In this document: positions 38,313-48,462 of the stretch, one piece after another
Layout: every line of letters starts with the position of its first letter
Numbering within the stretch: the stretch's first letter is position 1
Assembly: GCA_945482995.1 (NCBI GenBank)
Contig: CALYRM010000005.1
Location: 1-51,733 of the forward strand
Length of the DNA: 51,733 nucleotides
Direction of reading: 5' to 3'
Source: an uncultured Clostridia bacterium
Lineage (GTDB): Bacteria > Bacillota > Clostridia > Christensenellales > CAG-1252
Translations under genes and position numbers: made by a program
The notes under the pieces: model-generated
Databases searched by the model: none
What the model was told of the DNA's origin: nothing
What the model saw: only the letters and a program-made list of their open reading frames with translations

Positions 38313-39701
38313 TTACTTGTCGTAAACTAGGTTATTAACTTGTTGTAACAAAGCAAGAAGCTTGTCGGACAAAATTTGGTTGATGATATAATCAAATTCG
38401 TCATTCTTCATTTCTTTCTTGTAATCGTCAACTTCTTTTCCTGCTTTTGCTGCATTTTCTTGAATAACCTTTTCTACGTCTTCGGTTTCACATTTGATGC
38501 CTTCTCTTTCGATAATAGCGGATAAAACCATATTTTTCTTTTCGCTTGCACGAGCACGCTCTTTATAATCTGCTAAGAGATTTTCTTTGGTTAAACCTGT
38601 ATAAGTTGCATATTGTTCAAAAGTAAGACCTGCTTTTTTGAGTTGACTTTCCATATTTTCCATTTGACTTTCAGCAGCTTCGACTATAGTTTTTTCGGGA
38701 ACTTCATACTCTGTTGCAGAAAGGATTGCTTCAACAATAGCATTGTTATTCATGTTGACAACTTGTTTATGTCCTTCTTCCTTTGCTTTTGCTTCATAAT
38801 CAGCCTTTAACTCGTCTAGTGTGTCGAATTCGCTAACGTCTTTTGCAAATTCATCATCTAATTCGGGCATATTCATTACTTTGATTCCATTAAGAGTTAC
38901 TGTGAATACAGCAGCTTTTCCTGCTAATTCTTCGTGATAATCCTCAGGGAAAGTTACGTTGATATCCTTTGTTTCACCCTTGTTCATACCAACAAGTTGA
39001 GATTCAAAGCCGGGGATAAAAGTGTTAGATCCAATTACGAGATCGTAGCCCTTCGCTTCACCACCAGCAAATGGAACGTCATCAACCTTGCCCAAGTAAT
39101 CGATATTAGCTGTATCGCCATCTTGTAACGGACGGTCGTCAACTTCGGTATAGCTACCTGCTTGTTTGCGAGCGTCTTGCAATTTCTTTTCTGCAAGCTC
39201 TTTAACGTACTTATCTTCGTCATAGCAATGAATTTCCATACCTTTGTAATTGATTTCGCCAACTTCGGGGAAAACTGTAATGATATAAGCGAATTCAATT
39301 GTGTTTTCGGTGATGCCTCTAACCTCAACATCAGGAGATGCAGCCATATTAACCTTTAACAAAACAGGTCTATACATTACACGATAAACTGCGTCAATAG
39401 CTTGATCTACTGCGCCCTCGATAAATACGTGGTCTCCATAGTAAGCCTTGATAGCGTGCATTGTAGCTTTGCCTTTGCGGAAACCGGGAATGGAATATTT
39501 GTTCTTGTTAGCATAATATGATTCACGCTCAAAAGCTAGGAATAAATCTCCTTCAACCTTAATCACAAACTTCTTTGTGAATTTATCAACGTCTTCTACG
39601 GTATATGAAAAATCAAATTCTTGTCCTCTAACTGTTACTACGGGCTTAAATTCGTTGTTTTCAACTTCATCAACTACATTGTTTTCAACTTCGTTACTCA
39701 T
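38313..39701 (-). CDS. tig: Trigger factor
   Basis: IPGFRKGK ribosome-binding motif, FKBP domain (FIPGFESQLVG, VTFPEDYH); GGAGG SD before 39701. Confidence 0.95.
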   Translation of the reverse strand: MSNEVENNVVDEVENNEFKPVVTVRGQEFDFSYTVEDVDKFTKKFVIKVEGDLFLAFERESYYANKNKYSIPGFRKGKATMHAIKAYYGDHVFIEGAVDQAIDAVYRVMYRPVLLKVNMAASPDVEVRGITENTIEFAYIITVFPEVGEINYKGMEIHCYDEDKYVKELAEKKLQDARKQAGSYTEVDDRPLQDGDTANIDYLGKVDDVPFAGGEAKGYDLVIGSNTFIPGFESQLVGMNKGETKDINVTFPEDYHEELAGKAAVFTVTLNGIKVMNMPELDDEFAKDVSEFDTLDELKADYEAKAKEEGHKQVVNMNNNAIVEAILSATEYEVPEKTIVEAAESQMENMESQLKKAGLTFEQYATYTGLTKENLLADYKERARASEKKNMVLSAIIEREGIKCETEDVEKVIQENAAKAGKEVDDYKKEMKNDEFDYIINQILSDKLLALLQQVNNLVYDK

Positions 39702-39866
39702 TTTTGTCCTCCGATAATTATAATGCATTTATGCATACTTTTGTTTATATTATGATTATATAGTTTAGCATAATTAAATCATTTTGACAACATTTATTTT
39801 ATAGTTATTTTTAAAATATTTATTTTTCATAAAATTTGCTCTAAAATGTAAAAGAATTAAAATTAC

Positions 39867-39895
39867 TTGAAAAATATATTGCTATACGATATAAT
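39867..39895 (+). promoter_or_regulatory. Sigma-A promoter, -10 six nt from the ATG (leaderless candidate)
   Basis: TTGAAA-N17-TATAAT-N6-ATG; no SD. Confidence 0.6.
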
Positions 39896-39901
39896 AAGAC
39901 T

Positions 39902-41629
39902 ATGCCAAACGATATGTACACTCTAAAAGCATTATCTGACGAGCTATCTGCTCTTACCGTTGGTGGAAGAATTGAAAAAATCAACCAACCCGAAAAAGAT
40001 GAGTTTGTCTTTTATATCCATAATTGTAAAAACTACATTATGGTCGTTTCAGTCAATCCGAATTGTCCAAGAATACACATAACAAATGAAAAAAAGGATA
40101 ATCCATATGTCGCCCCGTCCTTTTTAATGTTATTAAGAAAAAAACTTTGTGGCTCGAGAATAGAAAGTTTTTCGGTTGTCGGCTTTGATAGAATTATCAA
40201 AATAGACTTTAAAGGTAGAAACGAAATGGCTGACGAGGTTTCAAACACTTTATACGTCGAATTGTTAGGTAGATATAGCAATGTCATACTTGTAGATGAT
40301 AAAGGCACGATAACCGAAGCCCTACGCCATATCTATCCCGAAAATTCGTTAAGGTGCGTATTGCCAAAGGTAAAATACGAGTTACCACCAAATGAAAAAC
40401 TATCGCCATTAGAAACCGAACAAATAAAAAATGCCTTATTATCCGACGATAAAAATGAGCTTGCAAAAAAGATTATTTCTAACGTTTCGGGTTTTTCGCT
40501 GATAACAGCAAGAGAACTTTGTTTCAACCTCGGTTTAGATTACGAATCAAAAACTATTACTCAGACGAACGCCGAAGAGTTGTCAAATGCAATTACCGAA
40601 TTGTATAACGTAACTTCGCAAAGCTATTATCGCCCATGCTACACATTTGACAAAGGCGGAGAAGACTTTTTTGTATTTCATTATAAACATTTAATTCATA
40701 ACTATGTTGATACGCCAACGCTAAACGAAGCGGTGAAAGTATGTTCGTTGGAAAGAGATAGGAAAACTCGCCTATTTTCCGAAAGTAAAGCCGTTGCAAA
40801 TGCGATAAAAAATTCAATTAAAAAGAATGAAAAAGCATTGTCAATCGCAAAACAAAAAGTAATTGACAGCCAAGAAGCGGAAAAATTAAGAATATATGGC
40901 GAAATATTGATAAATAATCTATACAAAATCAAAAAAGGAACAAGCAAGGTTGAGTTATACAATTATTATGACGATACAAGTATCGTTATAGCCTTAGACC
41001 CACTTTTAACCCCCGAACAAAATGCGCAAAGCTATTTTAAAAAGTATTCAAAAGCTAAGCGAACATTAGCAGTTGCCACTAAGCAAGTTGACGAGCTACA
41101 AATAAAACTCGACTATCTCTATTCACTCAAAGCATACCTAGAATTATGTACACTCCCTCAAGAAATTCAAGGAATTAAAGAGGAAGCCATAAGAGAAGGA
41201 ATATTAGAGGATAAAACTAACAATAGTAAAACGAATAGAAACAAAAAATCAACTGCCCTACCACCAAAAGAGTATTTATTCAAAGATTATAAAATAATAC
41301 GCGGTAGAAACAATATCGATAACGAAAAAATAACCTTTCATATAGCAAACGACAACGACTTATGGCTACACGTGAAAGATTTTCACGGTTCACACGTTAT
41401 AATTAAGTCGGAAAACAAAGCATTTACAAACGAAGTTATTCAGATTGCCGCAGAAATAGCAGGCTATTATTCCGAAGGTGTTCAAAGTTTTAAACTCGCC
41501 ATTGACTATACCGAATGTAAGTTCGTCAAAAAAAATCCATCGGGAGCAAAAGGCGCTGTTACCTATACAAATTATAAAACTGCGTTCATAACTCCAAACC
41601 CACATACTGAATTAGAAATAAACAAATAG
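39902..41629 (+). CDS. rqcH: RqcH/FbpA (NFACT) ribosome quality-control factor
   Basis: GGRIEKINQP, FLMLLRK, DRII, ELLGRYSNVIL, NAQSYFKKYSK, GRNN, WLHVKDFHGSHV. Confidence 0.92.
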   Translation: MPNDMYTLKALSDELSALTVGGRIEKINQPEKDEFVFYIHNCKNYIMVVSVNPNCPRIHITNEKKDNPYVAPSFLMLLRKKLCGSRIESFSVVGFDRIIKIDFKGRNEMADEVSNTLYVELLGRYSNVILVDDKGTITEALRHIYPENSLRCVLPKVKYELPPNEKLSPLETEQIKNALLSDDKNELAKKIISNVSGFSLITARELCFNLGLDYESKTITQTNAEELSNAITELYNVTSQSYYRPCYTFDKGGEDFFVFHYKHLIHNYVDTPTLNEAVKVCSLERDRKTRLFSESKAVANAIKNSIKKNEKALSIAKQKVIDSQEAEKLRIYGEILINNLYKIKKGTSKVELYNYYDDTSIVIALDPLLTPEQNAQSYFKKYSKAKRTLAVATKQVDELQIKLDYLYSLKAYLELCTLPQEIQGIKEEAIREGILEDKTNNSKTNRNKKSTALPPKEYLFKDYKIIRGRNNIDNEKITFHIANDNDLWLHVKDFHGSHVIIKSENKAFTNEVIQIAAEIAGYYSEGVQSFKLAIDYTECKFVKKNPSGAKGAVTYTNYKTAFITPNPHTELEINK

Positions 41630-41641
41630 AATAACAATAAT

Positions 41642-41826
41642 TGTCATTTCTCGACTACGCTCGGGATGACGAACAAGGATTAGATCCTTCGACGTTGCTC
41701 AGGATGACATTAGACTAAAATCTATTGCATTTTATTCTAATGTGCAATTGAAATTACGACTGTATAGGTGCTTTGCAATTAGTCGGTGCTTTTGTATAGA
41801 GATCCCTCGACTACGCTCGGGATGAT
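41642..41826. repeat. REP-like repeat cluster 3
   Basis: CTCGACTACGCTCGGGATGAC, GATCCTTCGACGTTGCTCAGGATGAC, GATCCCTCGACTACGCTCGGGATGA. Confidence 0.85.
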
Positions 41827-41838
41827 GGTATACACATT

Positions 41839-41884
41839 AAAAAAAATCACGCTTACCCTCTATTTTTTGCAAGCGTGATTTTTT
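41839..41884. terminator. Bidirectional terminator-like hairpin
   Basis: AAAAAATCACGCTT-N16-AAGCGTGATTTTTT. Confidence 0.65.
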
Positions 41885-41900
41885 ATTTATTTACAATAAT

Positions 41901-43598
41901 TTATTCTAAATTATCATCTTCGTTTGTTTCCAAACTTGCGTTTTCTTCTACTACTTCGCTAGCAGCTTCTGCATTATTATCAATATTTTCAACTGAAGCA
42001 TCGCTTACTGTTTCAATATTTTCATCAAATTCAATAGTTTCGACACTTTCATCCACTTCAACGCCCTCGACCTCCAAAGCGTGACGTCTTTCATTCAAAA
42101 TATCTAATATTCTTGCATGCTCTTTATCGTCAAGCGCATATTTCCAAGTTGGAATAACTGTCAATATACAACCAATTGCAGGGGGTATAGAAACTATTAG
42201 GAATAGTACCATCATAAATGAAGCATATTCAAGAGATAATCTTGGAGTGCCGCCTGCTGTGATAAATGCGTTAATCTCCGCAACACGAGAATCCGAGAAT
42301 TTTACTATCGTATATGCGATACCGCAGATAATTGTTGCAAGCCCTGTTTGTAATTTTACAAGGAACGTTTGACCTGAGAAAAACAAAGCGTCGGGTCTTC
42401 TATTATTCTTATACTCTTCATAGTCAACGCAATCTGCAATCATTGTTGATTGCAAAACGGTTGTTGCACCTTGACCAATACCGACAATAGTGAACAATAC
42501 AAAACAGAGTACGACCCAAACAGCATTTGTTAAATGGTGAGGAGAAATTAGGTATGCAACGAATATCAGCAAATACGGTATTACACTTATAAGGTTTGCA
42601 CCATTGTAAATAGTTTTTTTAGATAGTTTCTTATTAAGAACAGGAACAATGCCCATTCCCGTAAACATACCGATAAACACGCCGCCACCCAACAAAAGCA
42701 AATATACAAATGCCAATATCGGATCTTTACTAGCAAAGTAATAGCTGACAAGCGTCATTGCAACGATATTAATGATACTCTTCGTACTTCCCAATACGCC
42801 GGAAATCAATAATTGCATATAAGGCTTGTTGTGGAAAATAATTCCGATATTATCTTTTAACGAGGTTTTTTCGGTTGGCGCAATTCTTTCTTTAACCTTA
42901 AAGCCTGTTACTTGGAACATCGCCGTACCGATAATCGAAAGAATGATTACAACAACTAAAAATCCGTATTTTTCACCTTGTGGCGCTGAAATGCCGAACT
43001 TAGATGAAAACATATTGCCTAAACCCAATGACATTGATTGCATTGAAAGCATTATTACACCGCCGGCAATGGCAGCAACGACTCTTGCTAAGGTCAAAAG
43101 TTTTTCTCTATCTTTTGCAGACTCTGTCATAAGAGACGTGACACCCCATAGAGGAATATCGCCTACCGTATATAACATACCCCAACCGATATACGTAAAC
43201 GCCGTCCAAATCGTAATACCCACATCAAGCGCCTTACTTCCGTCGCCATAAAAGCCGAAACTTACGTAACACAATATTGTTATAATCATTATCGGAATAG
43301 GTATTATTTTGAGATACGGAACACATTTACCATATTTAGATCTTGTTCTATCTACAAGAGTACCCATAATAGGGTCGTTACAAGCGTCGAAGATTCTTGC
43401 AATGGTAAAGATTACACTAACGGTCATTGCAGGTATTAGCACTGTAAATTGCAAGAAATACATAATACAAGCATTTACAATATTATACATTATATTTTGT
43501 CCTGCTAACCCTATCAAGTACCAATTCCTTTCACTCTTGGTATAAGTTTTCAAAGCAGTAACATTCGATGGTTTATTGTCAATTACTTCATTAGTCAT
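41901..43598 (-). CDS. MFS glycoside-pentoside-hexuronide (MelB-like) transporter with an acidic C-terminal tail
   Basis: ARIFDACNDPIMG..VDRTRSKYG, DIPLWG, MIADCVDYEE; ~12 TMs. Confidence 0.88.
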   Translation of the reverse strand: MTNEVIDNKPSNVTALKTYTKSERNWYLIGLAGQNIMYNIVNACIMYFLQFTVLIPAMTVSVIFTIARIFDACNDPIMGTLVDRTRSKYGKCVPYLKIIPIPIMIITILCYVSFGFYGDGSKALDVGITIWTAFTYIGWGMLYTVGDIPLWGVTSLMTESAKDREKLLTLARVVAAIAGGVIMLSMQSMSLGLGNMFSSKFGISAPQGEKYGFLVVVIILSIIGTAMFQVTGFKVKERIAPTEKTSLKDNIGIIFHNKPYMQLLISGVLGSTKSIINIVAMTLVSYYFASKDPILAFVYLLLLGGGVFIGMFTGMGIVPVLNKKLSKKTIYNGANLISVIPYLLIFVAYLISPHHLTNAVWVVLCFVLFTIVGIGQGATTVLQSTMIADCVDYEEYKNNRRPDALFFSGQTFLVKLQTGLATIICGIAYTIVKFSDSRVAEINAFITAGGTPRLSLEYASFMMVLFLIVSIPPAIGCILTVIPTWKYALDDKEHARILDILNERRHALEVEGVEVDESVETIEFDENIETVSDASVENIDNNAEAASEVVEENASLETNEDDNLE

Positions 43599-43608
43599 AG
43601 CCTTCTCC

Positions 43609-44358
43609 TTACGCCTTTGCTCCTACGCACTCATTGGAAACATACTCTTTCCAATACTTATACGAGTTGTTACGGGTTTCCTTTCTTTTAGCCTCTAACG
43701 CATCAAGGCTAAATAATTCAATATTTTTAACCTTTATTGAAAGATTGGGAATAATATAATATTGATCGTCGTTACTTGCCTTGTTATTGACCATATAGAA
43801 ACACTTGTCACCAACCTCAGGTACACCGTCATAATTAATAACAACGTTTTTGAGATTGCCACATTCACGGAAAGTGTAAGCGCCTAAACTATTGCACTTT
43901 TCTGGTAATTCAATATTTGAAAGTTCCGAACATCCATAAAAAGCAAAATCACTTATTTTTTCAAGCGTATCGGGGAAAGTAACATTGGTTAGTTTTCTGC
44001 AAAGGTAGAAGCACATGTTTGGAATAACCTTGATATTGGCTTCAATCTTAACGGTTTTTAAAATATTATTGTCATCATATACGCCGTCAAATTTTTTGTT
44101 TTCTTTGCCATCATTAATGACAACAAATAGTTTTTCACCAAACGTGGAAACGGTGTGACTATCAATAGCCGACGGAATAACCATATTTTCAGTCATTTCA
44201 TTGATTGAAACAAGGGTTATAGTATCGTCATCATTGATAACGTATTCCCATTTGCCGTCTTCGCTCGTAATTGTCTCAACCGTATCATTACAGCCGACAA
44301 AAGCAAAGGTTGAAAGCAATAGAACAATCACTAATAAAAAACATAACGATTTTTTCAT
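43609..44358 (-). CDS. LRR_5 (BspA-like) lipoprotein
   Basis: Signal peptide with lipobox FVGC; IxxxAFxxCxxL repeats. Confidence 0.8.
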   Translation of the reverse strand: MKKSLCFLLVIVLLLSTFAFVGCNDTVETITSEDGKWEYVINDDDTITLVSINEMTENMVIPSAIDSHTVSTFGEKLFVVINDGKENKKFDGVYDDNNILKTVKIEANIKVIPNMCFYLCRKLTNVTFPDTLEKISDFAFYGCSELSNIELPEKCNSLGAYTFRECGNLKNVVINYDGVPEVGDKCFYMVNNKASNDDQYYIIPNLSIKVKNIELFSLDALEAKRKETRNNSYKYWKEYVSNECVGAKA

Positions 44359-44367
44359 AACTACTCC

Positions 44368-45432
44368 TTATAGCTCTTTTGCTTTTCTTTTATACATTTC
44401 ACTGTCTACGCAGTGCATTAAGCCCTCTTCATAGGTTATTTGCCCGGCTCTATATAGATTTGCTAACGCATCATCCATAAGTTGCATACCCATTCCACTT
44501 GTCGTCGAAATTGTATTATTCATCTGGTGCGTTTTTCCCTCACGAATCAACGAATTGATAGCGGGGTGTTGAAGCATTATTTCCAATGCGGCAACTCTTC
44601 CCGAACCATCAGCTTTAACTAATAACTGTTGAGAAATTACGCCTTGCAAGACGTTTGCAAGTTGAGTTCTAATTTGTTGCTGTTGATAAGCAGGAAATAC
44701 GTCTACAATACGGTCAACGGTAGCGGCTGCGCCGATAGTATGCAATGTTGACATAACCAAGTGACCTGTTTCGGCTGCGGTTAATGCCGTTTGAATGGTT
44801 TCCAAATCACGCATTTCGCCTACTTGAATAACGTCGGGGTCTTGTCTTAGCGCTGCACGCAAAGCGTTGGCAAAGGAGATTGTATCTTGTCCCAATTCTC
44901 TTTGGTTGACAATGCATTTTTTGTGGTTGTGATAATATTCGATAGGATCTTCAAGCGTAATAATATGTGCGCTTCTTTCGCTATTGATTTTATCTATCAT
45001 ACTTGCCAAAGTAGTAGATTTACCACTTCCTGTCGGACCTGTAACCAAAATCAAGCCTCTTTGCTTGTAGCATAGTTTTTCAACAGTATCGGGAAGTCCC
45101 AATTCTCTAAAAGACATAATCCTATTATTGATTGTACGCAATACCGTTGCATAACAACCTTTTTGTGAAAAAGCGTTAACACGGAAACGATTACCACCTA
45201 ATGATATTGAACAGTCAACTTCGCCGACTTTGTTCAATTTATTGAATTGATCAGGGGAAAGAATTTCTTTTACCAATCTCTCTGTGTCTTGAGCGTCTAA
45301 TATCTCTTGACCATATCTTTTGAATGTGCCGTTTATTCTAAGCATAGGCGGAAGTCCTACAGTAACGTGTAAGTCCGAAGCTTTGTTTTGAATGCTTGCA
45401 GTAAGCAGGTTTTTCATATTATAGCTGAACAT
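44368..45432 (-). CDS. pilT: PilT-family type IV pilus retraction ATPase
   Basis: ASDLH, GPTGSGKST, EDPIE, ALRQDPD, AAETGHL, AINSLIRE (AIRNLIRE-like). Confidence 0.92.
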   Translation of the reverse strand: MFSYNMKNLLTASIQNKASDLHVTVGLPPMLRINGTFKRYGQEILDAQDTERLVKEILSPDQFNKLNKVGEVDCSISLGGNRFRVNAFSQKGCYATVLRTINNRIMSFRELGLPDTVEKLCYKQRGLILVTGPTGSGKSTTLASMIDKINSERSAHIITLEDPIEYYHNHKKCIVNQRELGQDTISFANALRAALRQDPDVIQVGEMRDLETIQTALTAAETGHLVMSTLHTIGAAATVDRIVDVFPAYQQQQIRTQLANVLQGVISQQLLVKADGSGRVAALEIMLQHPAINSLIREGKTHQMNNTISTTSGMGMQLMDDALANLYRAGQITYEEGLMHCVDSEMYKRKAKEL

Positions 45433-45564
45433 CTGATTATCTCCGTTTATAAAATATATATATCATTATATCATACTGTTATATTATTTTCAATACCACT
45501 TTTTTATTTTTATTTATATAATTTAGTCATCACCAAGCTTTGTTCAAAGAAACTAATGCCTGTC

Positions 45565-45645
45565 CGTCATTTCAGGGATAGTCGAGAGTGAATGTCATCG
45601 CTGCTGTTATTCCGAGAAACTTTGAGGGACGTCAAGCACCGACTC
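45565..45645. repeat. Degenerate REP-like cluster 4
   Basis: Aligns by eye with the reverse complement of 13568-13652, including the AAGCACCGACTC linker. Confidence 0.6.
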
Positions 45646-45809
45646 CTTGAAAAACACACGAACGCTCTTATTGCGATATAAAAAAATGCCATTTATAAAC
45701 TATGGTACATACAATAAAAATAGATGGAAAAGTAATACACTATAAATCTACCTGTGCATAATTGCATATTGCACATTCTCGTCTACTGACAATTAATAAG
45801 GAATAATAT

Positions 45810-45851
45810 AAAAAGCGAGTAGTTATTTTATCAATAACTACTCGCAAAAAA
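45810..45851 (-). terminator. Terminator of the GGGtGRT operon
   Basis: GCGAGTAGTTATT-N5-AATAACTACTCGC flanked by A-runs. Confidence 0.7.
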
Positions 45852-45867
45852 GTTTATTTATGAACTA

Positions 45868-46872
45868 CTATTTGTTCATTCCTTCTTCAATAGCAACTGC
45901 CAAAGCAACGGTAGCGCCAACCATCGGGTTGTTACCCATACCAATTAAGCCCATCATTTCAACGTGAGCAGGAACTGAAGATGAACCGGCAAATTGAGCG
46001 TCGGAGTGCATTCTGCCCATAGTATCTGTCATACCATATGAAGCAGGACCTGCAGCCATGTTATCTGGGTGCAAAGTACGGCCTGTACCACCACCGGAAG
46101 CAACTGAGAAATACTTTTTGCCATGATCGATAGCCCATTTCTTATATGTGCCTGCAACAGGGTGTTGGAATCTTGTCGGGTTAGTTGAGTTACCTGTAAT
46201 AGAAACATCAACGCCCTCGGATCTCATTATTGCAACGCCTTCGTTTACGTCATATGCACCATAGCAACGAACCTTTGCCTTTTCGCCGTCAGAGAATGGA
46301 ATCTCTTGAACAACTGTCAAAGTATCGGTGTATTGATCGTATTTTGTGTCTACGAATGTAAATCCGTTGATACGGCTGATGATGTATGCAGCGTCCTTGC
46401 CCAAGCCGTTCAAAATAACTCTTAGCGGTGATTTACGAACCTTGTTAGCTGTACGTGCAATACCGATTGCACCTTCTGCAGCTGCGAATGATTCATGACC
46501 TGCTAAAAATGCGAAACAACTTGTTTCTTCTCTCAATAACATTGCGCCCAAATTACCATGTCCCAAACCAACCTTTCTTTGATCTGCAACAGAACCGGGA
46601 ACGCAGAATGCTTGCAAGCCGATACCGATAGCTTCAGCAGCGTCAGCAGCCTTTACACAACCCTTTTTGATAGCGATAGCGCAACCGATTGTGTATGCCC
46701 AAACAGCATTTTCAAAAGCGATGGGTTGAACTCCTTTAACGGTTGCTTCAACGTCAACGTTTTTTGATAAACAAAGATTTCTTGCTTCTTCTAAATCCTT
46801 GATTCCGTACTCTTTGAGAGCTTCGTTAATCTTATCTATTCTTCTTTCATAACCTTCAAAAGTAATAGCCAT
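45868..46872 (-). CDS. GGGtGRT-family protein (function unknown)
   Basis: SGGGTGRTLHPD signature, GHESFAAAEGAIG, TRFQHPVAG. Confidence 0.92.
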   Translation of the reverse strand: MAITFEGYERRIDKINEALKEYGIKDLEEARNLCLSKNVDVEATVKGVQPIAFENAVWAYTIGCAIAIKKGCVKAADAAEAIGIGLQAFCVPGSVADQRKVGLGHGNLGAMLLREETSCFAFLAGHESFAAAEGAIGIARTANKVRKSPLRVILNGLGKDAAYIISRINGFTFVDTKYDQYTDTLTVVQEIPFSDGEKAKVRCYGAYDVNEGVAIMRSEGVDVSITGNSTNPTRFQHPVAGTYKKWAIDHGKKYFSVASGGGTGRTLHPDNMAAGPASYGMTDTMGRMHSDAQFAGSSSVPAHVEMMGLIGMGNNPMVGATVALAVAIEEGMNK

Positions 46873-46883
46873 ATTCATTCCCC

Positions 46884-47579
46884 CTACTCTTTACGTGGAT
46901 TGATGTACTTAACGGCTTCATTGTATCTGCCGTACGTACTTGTACATTTAGCGAGAGCTGTAGCAGGATCTACGCCCTTTTGAGTAATCATTTCCATCAT
47001 TACGCCTAATTTAACGAATTCATAACCAATTACTTCGTCATTAGCGTCAAGTGCCATCTTTGTGATATAGCCTTCTGCCATTTCCAAATAGCGAACACCC
47101 TTTGCTTGAGTTGAATACATTGTACCAACTTGGCTACGAATACCCTTACCGAGATCTTCCTTACCTGCGCCGATTGGCAAACCATCCTCAGAGAAAGCAG
47201 ATTGTGTACGACCGTAAGCAATTTGTAGGAATAATTCTCTCATTGCTGTGTTGATAGCGTCGCAAACCAAGTCTGTATTTAGTGCTTCTAATAGCGTCTT
47301 GCCGGGTAAAATTTCTGCTGCCATAGCTGCAGAGTGAGTCATACCGGAACAACCGAGAGTTTCAACAAGCGCTTCACGAATAATACCGTTTTTTACGTTT
47401 AATGTCAACTTACAAGCACCTTGTTGAGGAGCACACCAACCCACACCGTGCGTTAATCCACTGATGTCGGCAATTTCTTTGCTTTGAATCCATTTTCCTT
47501 CCTCAGGAATTGGAGATGCGCCGCGACTGGTTCCTTGCTTAACGCAAGCCATTTCTTGAACGTCTTTTGAATATTGCAT
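46884..47579 (-). CDS. IscU/NifU-like protein, the usual partner of GGGtGRT
   Basis: WCAPQQGACKL, GCSGMTHS, LVCDAIN; GGAGG SD; TTGTAC-N17-TATAAT promoter. Confidence 0.8.
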   Translation of the reverse strand: MQYSKDVQEMACVKQGTSRGASPIPEEGKWIQSKEIADISGLTHGVGWCAPQQGACKLTLNVKNGIIREALVETLGCSGMTHSAAMAAEILPGKTLLEALNTDLVCDAINTAMRELFLQIAYGRTQSAFSEDGLPIGAGKEDLGKGIRSQVGTMYSTQAKGVRYLEMAEGYITKMALDANDEVIGYEFVKLGVMMEMITQKGVDPATALAKCTSTYGRYNEAVKYINPRKE

Positions 47580-47721
47580 GAATAAATCCCTCCATAAAAG
47601 ATTTCTTTGCTATTATAGCATAGTTTATAGATATGTACAATTATTTTTTTTAAAAATATAGATTATTTTTATATCAAATTGTAAATAATCCATATTAGAA
47701 AAATGGATTTTTAGCGATTAA

Positions 47722-47749
47722 TACATAATGTTACTTTTAAACATATACT
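47722..47749 (+). promoter_or_regulatory. Sigma-K/E-like promoter upstream of mazF
   Basis: TACA-N16-CATATACT. Confidence 0.45.
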
Positions 47750-47776
47750 GTATTATAAGCAATAAGGGGAAATATT

Positions 47777-48124
47777 ATGGTAAAAAGAGGAGAATTATAC
47801 TACGCCGATCTTAGTCCCGTGGTGGGGAGCGAACAAGGCGGAGTGCGCCCTGTGCTAATTGTACAAAACGACATAGGAAATAAATACTCGCCTACGATTA
47901 TTGCCGCAGCAATAACAAGTAAGCAAACAAAGGCAAAGCTACCAACTCATATTGAACTAACGGCAGGTAAATACGGATTACCTGTTGATTCGGTAGTTTT
48001 GTTAGAGCAAATACGAACGCTCGACAAAAAGCGACTTAAAGAAAAAATTGGTGAATTATCATTAGATGAAATGAACAAAGTCAATGACGGTTTACTAATA
48101 AGCTTAGGCTTTTATACTACTTAA
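47777..48124 (+). CDS. mazF: MazF/PemK (NdoA/EndoA-type) endoribonuclease
   Basis: [39 protein letters not shown]. Confidence 0.95.
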   Translation: MVKRGELYYADLSPVVGSEQGGVRPVLIVQNDIGNKYSPTIIAAAITSKQTKAKLPTHIELTAGKYGLPVDSVVLLEQIRTLDKKRLKEKIGELSLDEMNKVNDGLLISLGFYTT

Positions 48125-48130
48125 AAATTA

Positions 48131-48163
48131 AGCGGGATAAGTTTAATACTTATACCGCTTTTC
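48131..48163 (+). terminator. Terminator after mazF
   Basis: AAGCGG.ATAAG...CTTAT.CCGCTT followed by T residues. Confidence 0.6.
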
Positions 48164-48183
48164 AATGTTCAGTATTCAATGAG

Positions 48184-48456
48184 TGTCATTCTGAAAGCGT
48201 AGTCGGGGAATCTCAAAAACGGGGTTCTAAATTCATTTTGAGAATAAAACCTATATATATCCAATTTTGTAATTTCTTAAATCAAGTCGTTACATATGAT
48301 AGAGATTTCTCCACTTCGTGCATTCGCACTTCGGTCGAAATGACATTATGATAACTCATTGCACAATATCAAAGAATTAGATTCATCTACTTCGTTGCAC
48401 AACGCTTGAGAATGACATTATGTGTCATTCTGACGATTGCTATGCTCAAAATGACA
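48184..48456. repeat. REP-like repeat cluster 5
   Basis: TGTCATTCTGAAAGCGTAGTCGGGGAATCT, GATTTCTCCACTTCG...CGGTCGAAATGACA, CGCTTGAGAATGACA. Confidence 0.75.
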
Positions 48457-48462
48457 ATTTGA

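Noticed and set aside
48255-48285. Minus-strand WIYIGF peptide between repeats, as a GIY-YIG remnant
   Set aside because: There is no start, no upstream GIY segment and no downstream Arg/Glu motifs, so it is too short to support
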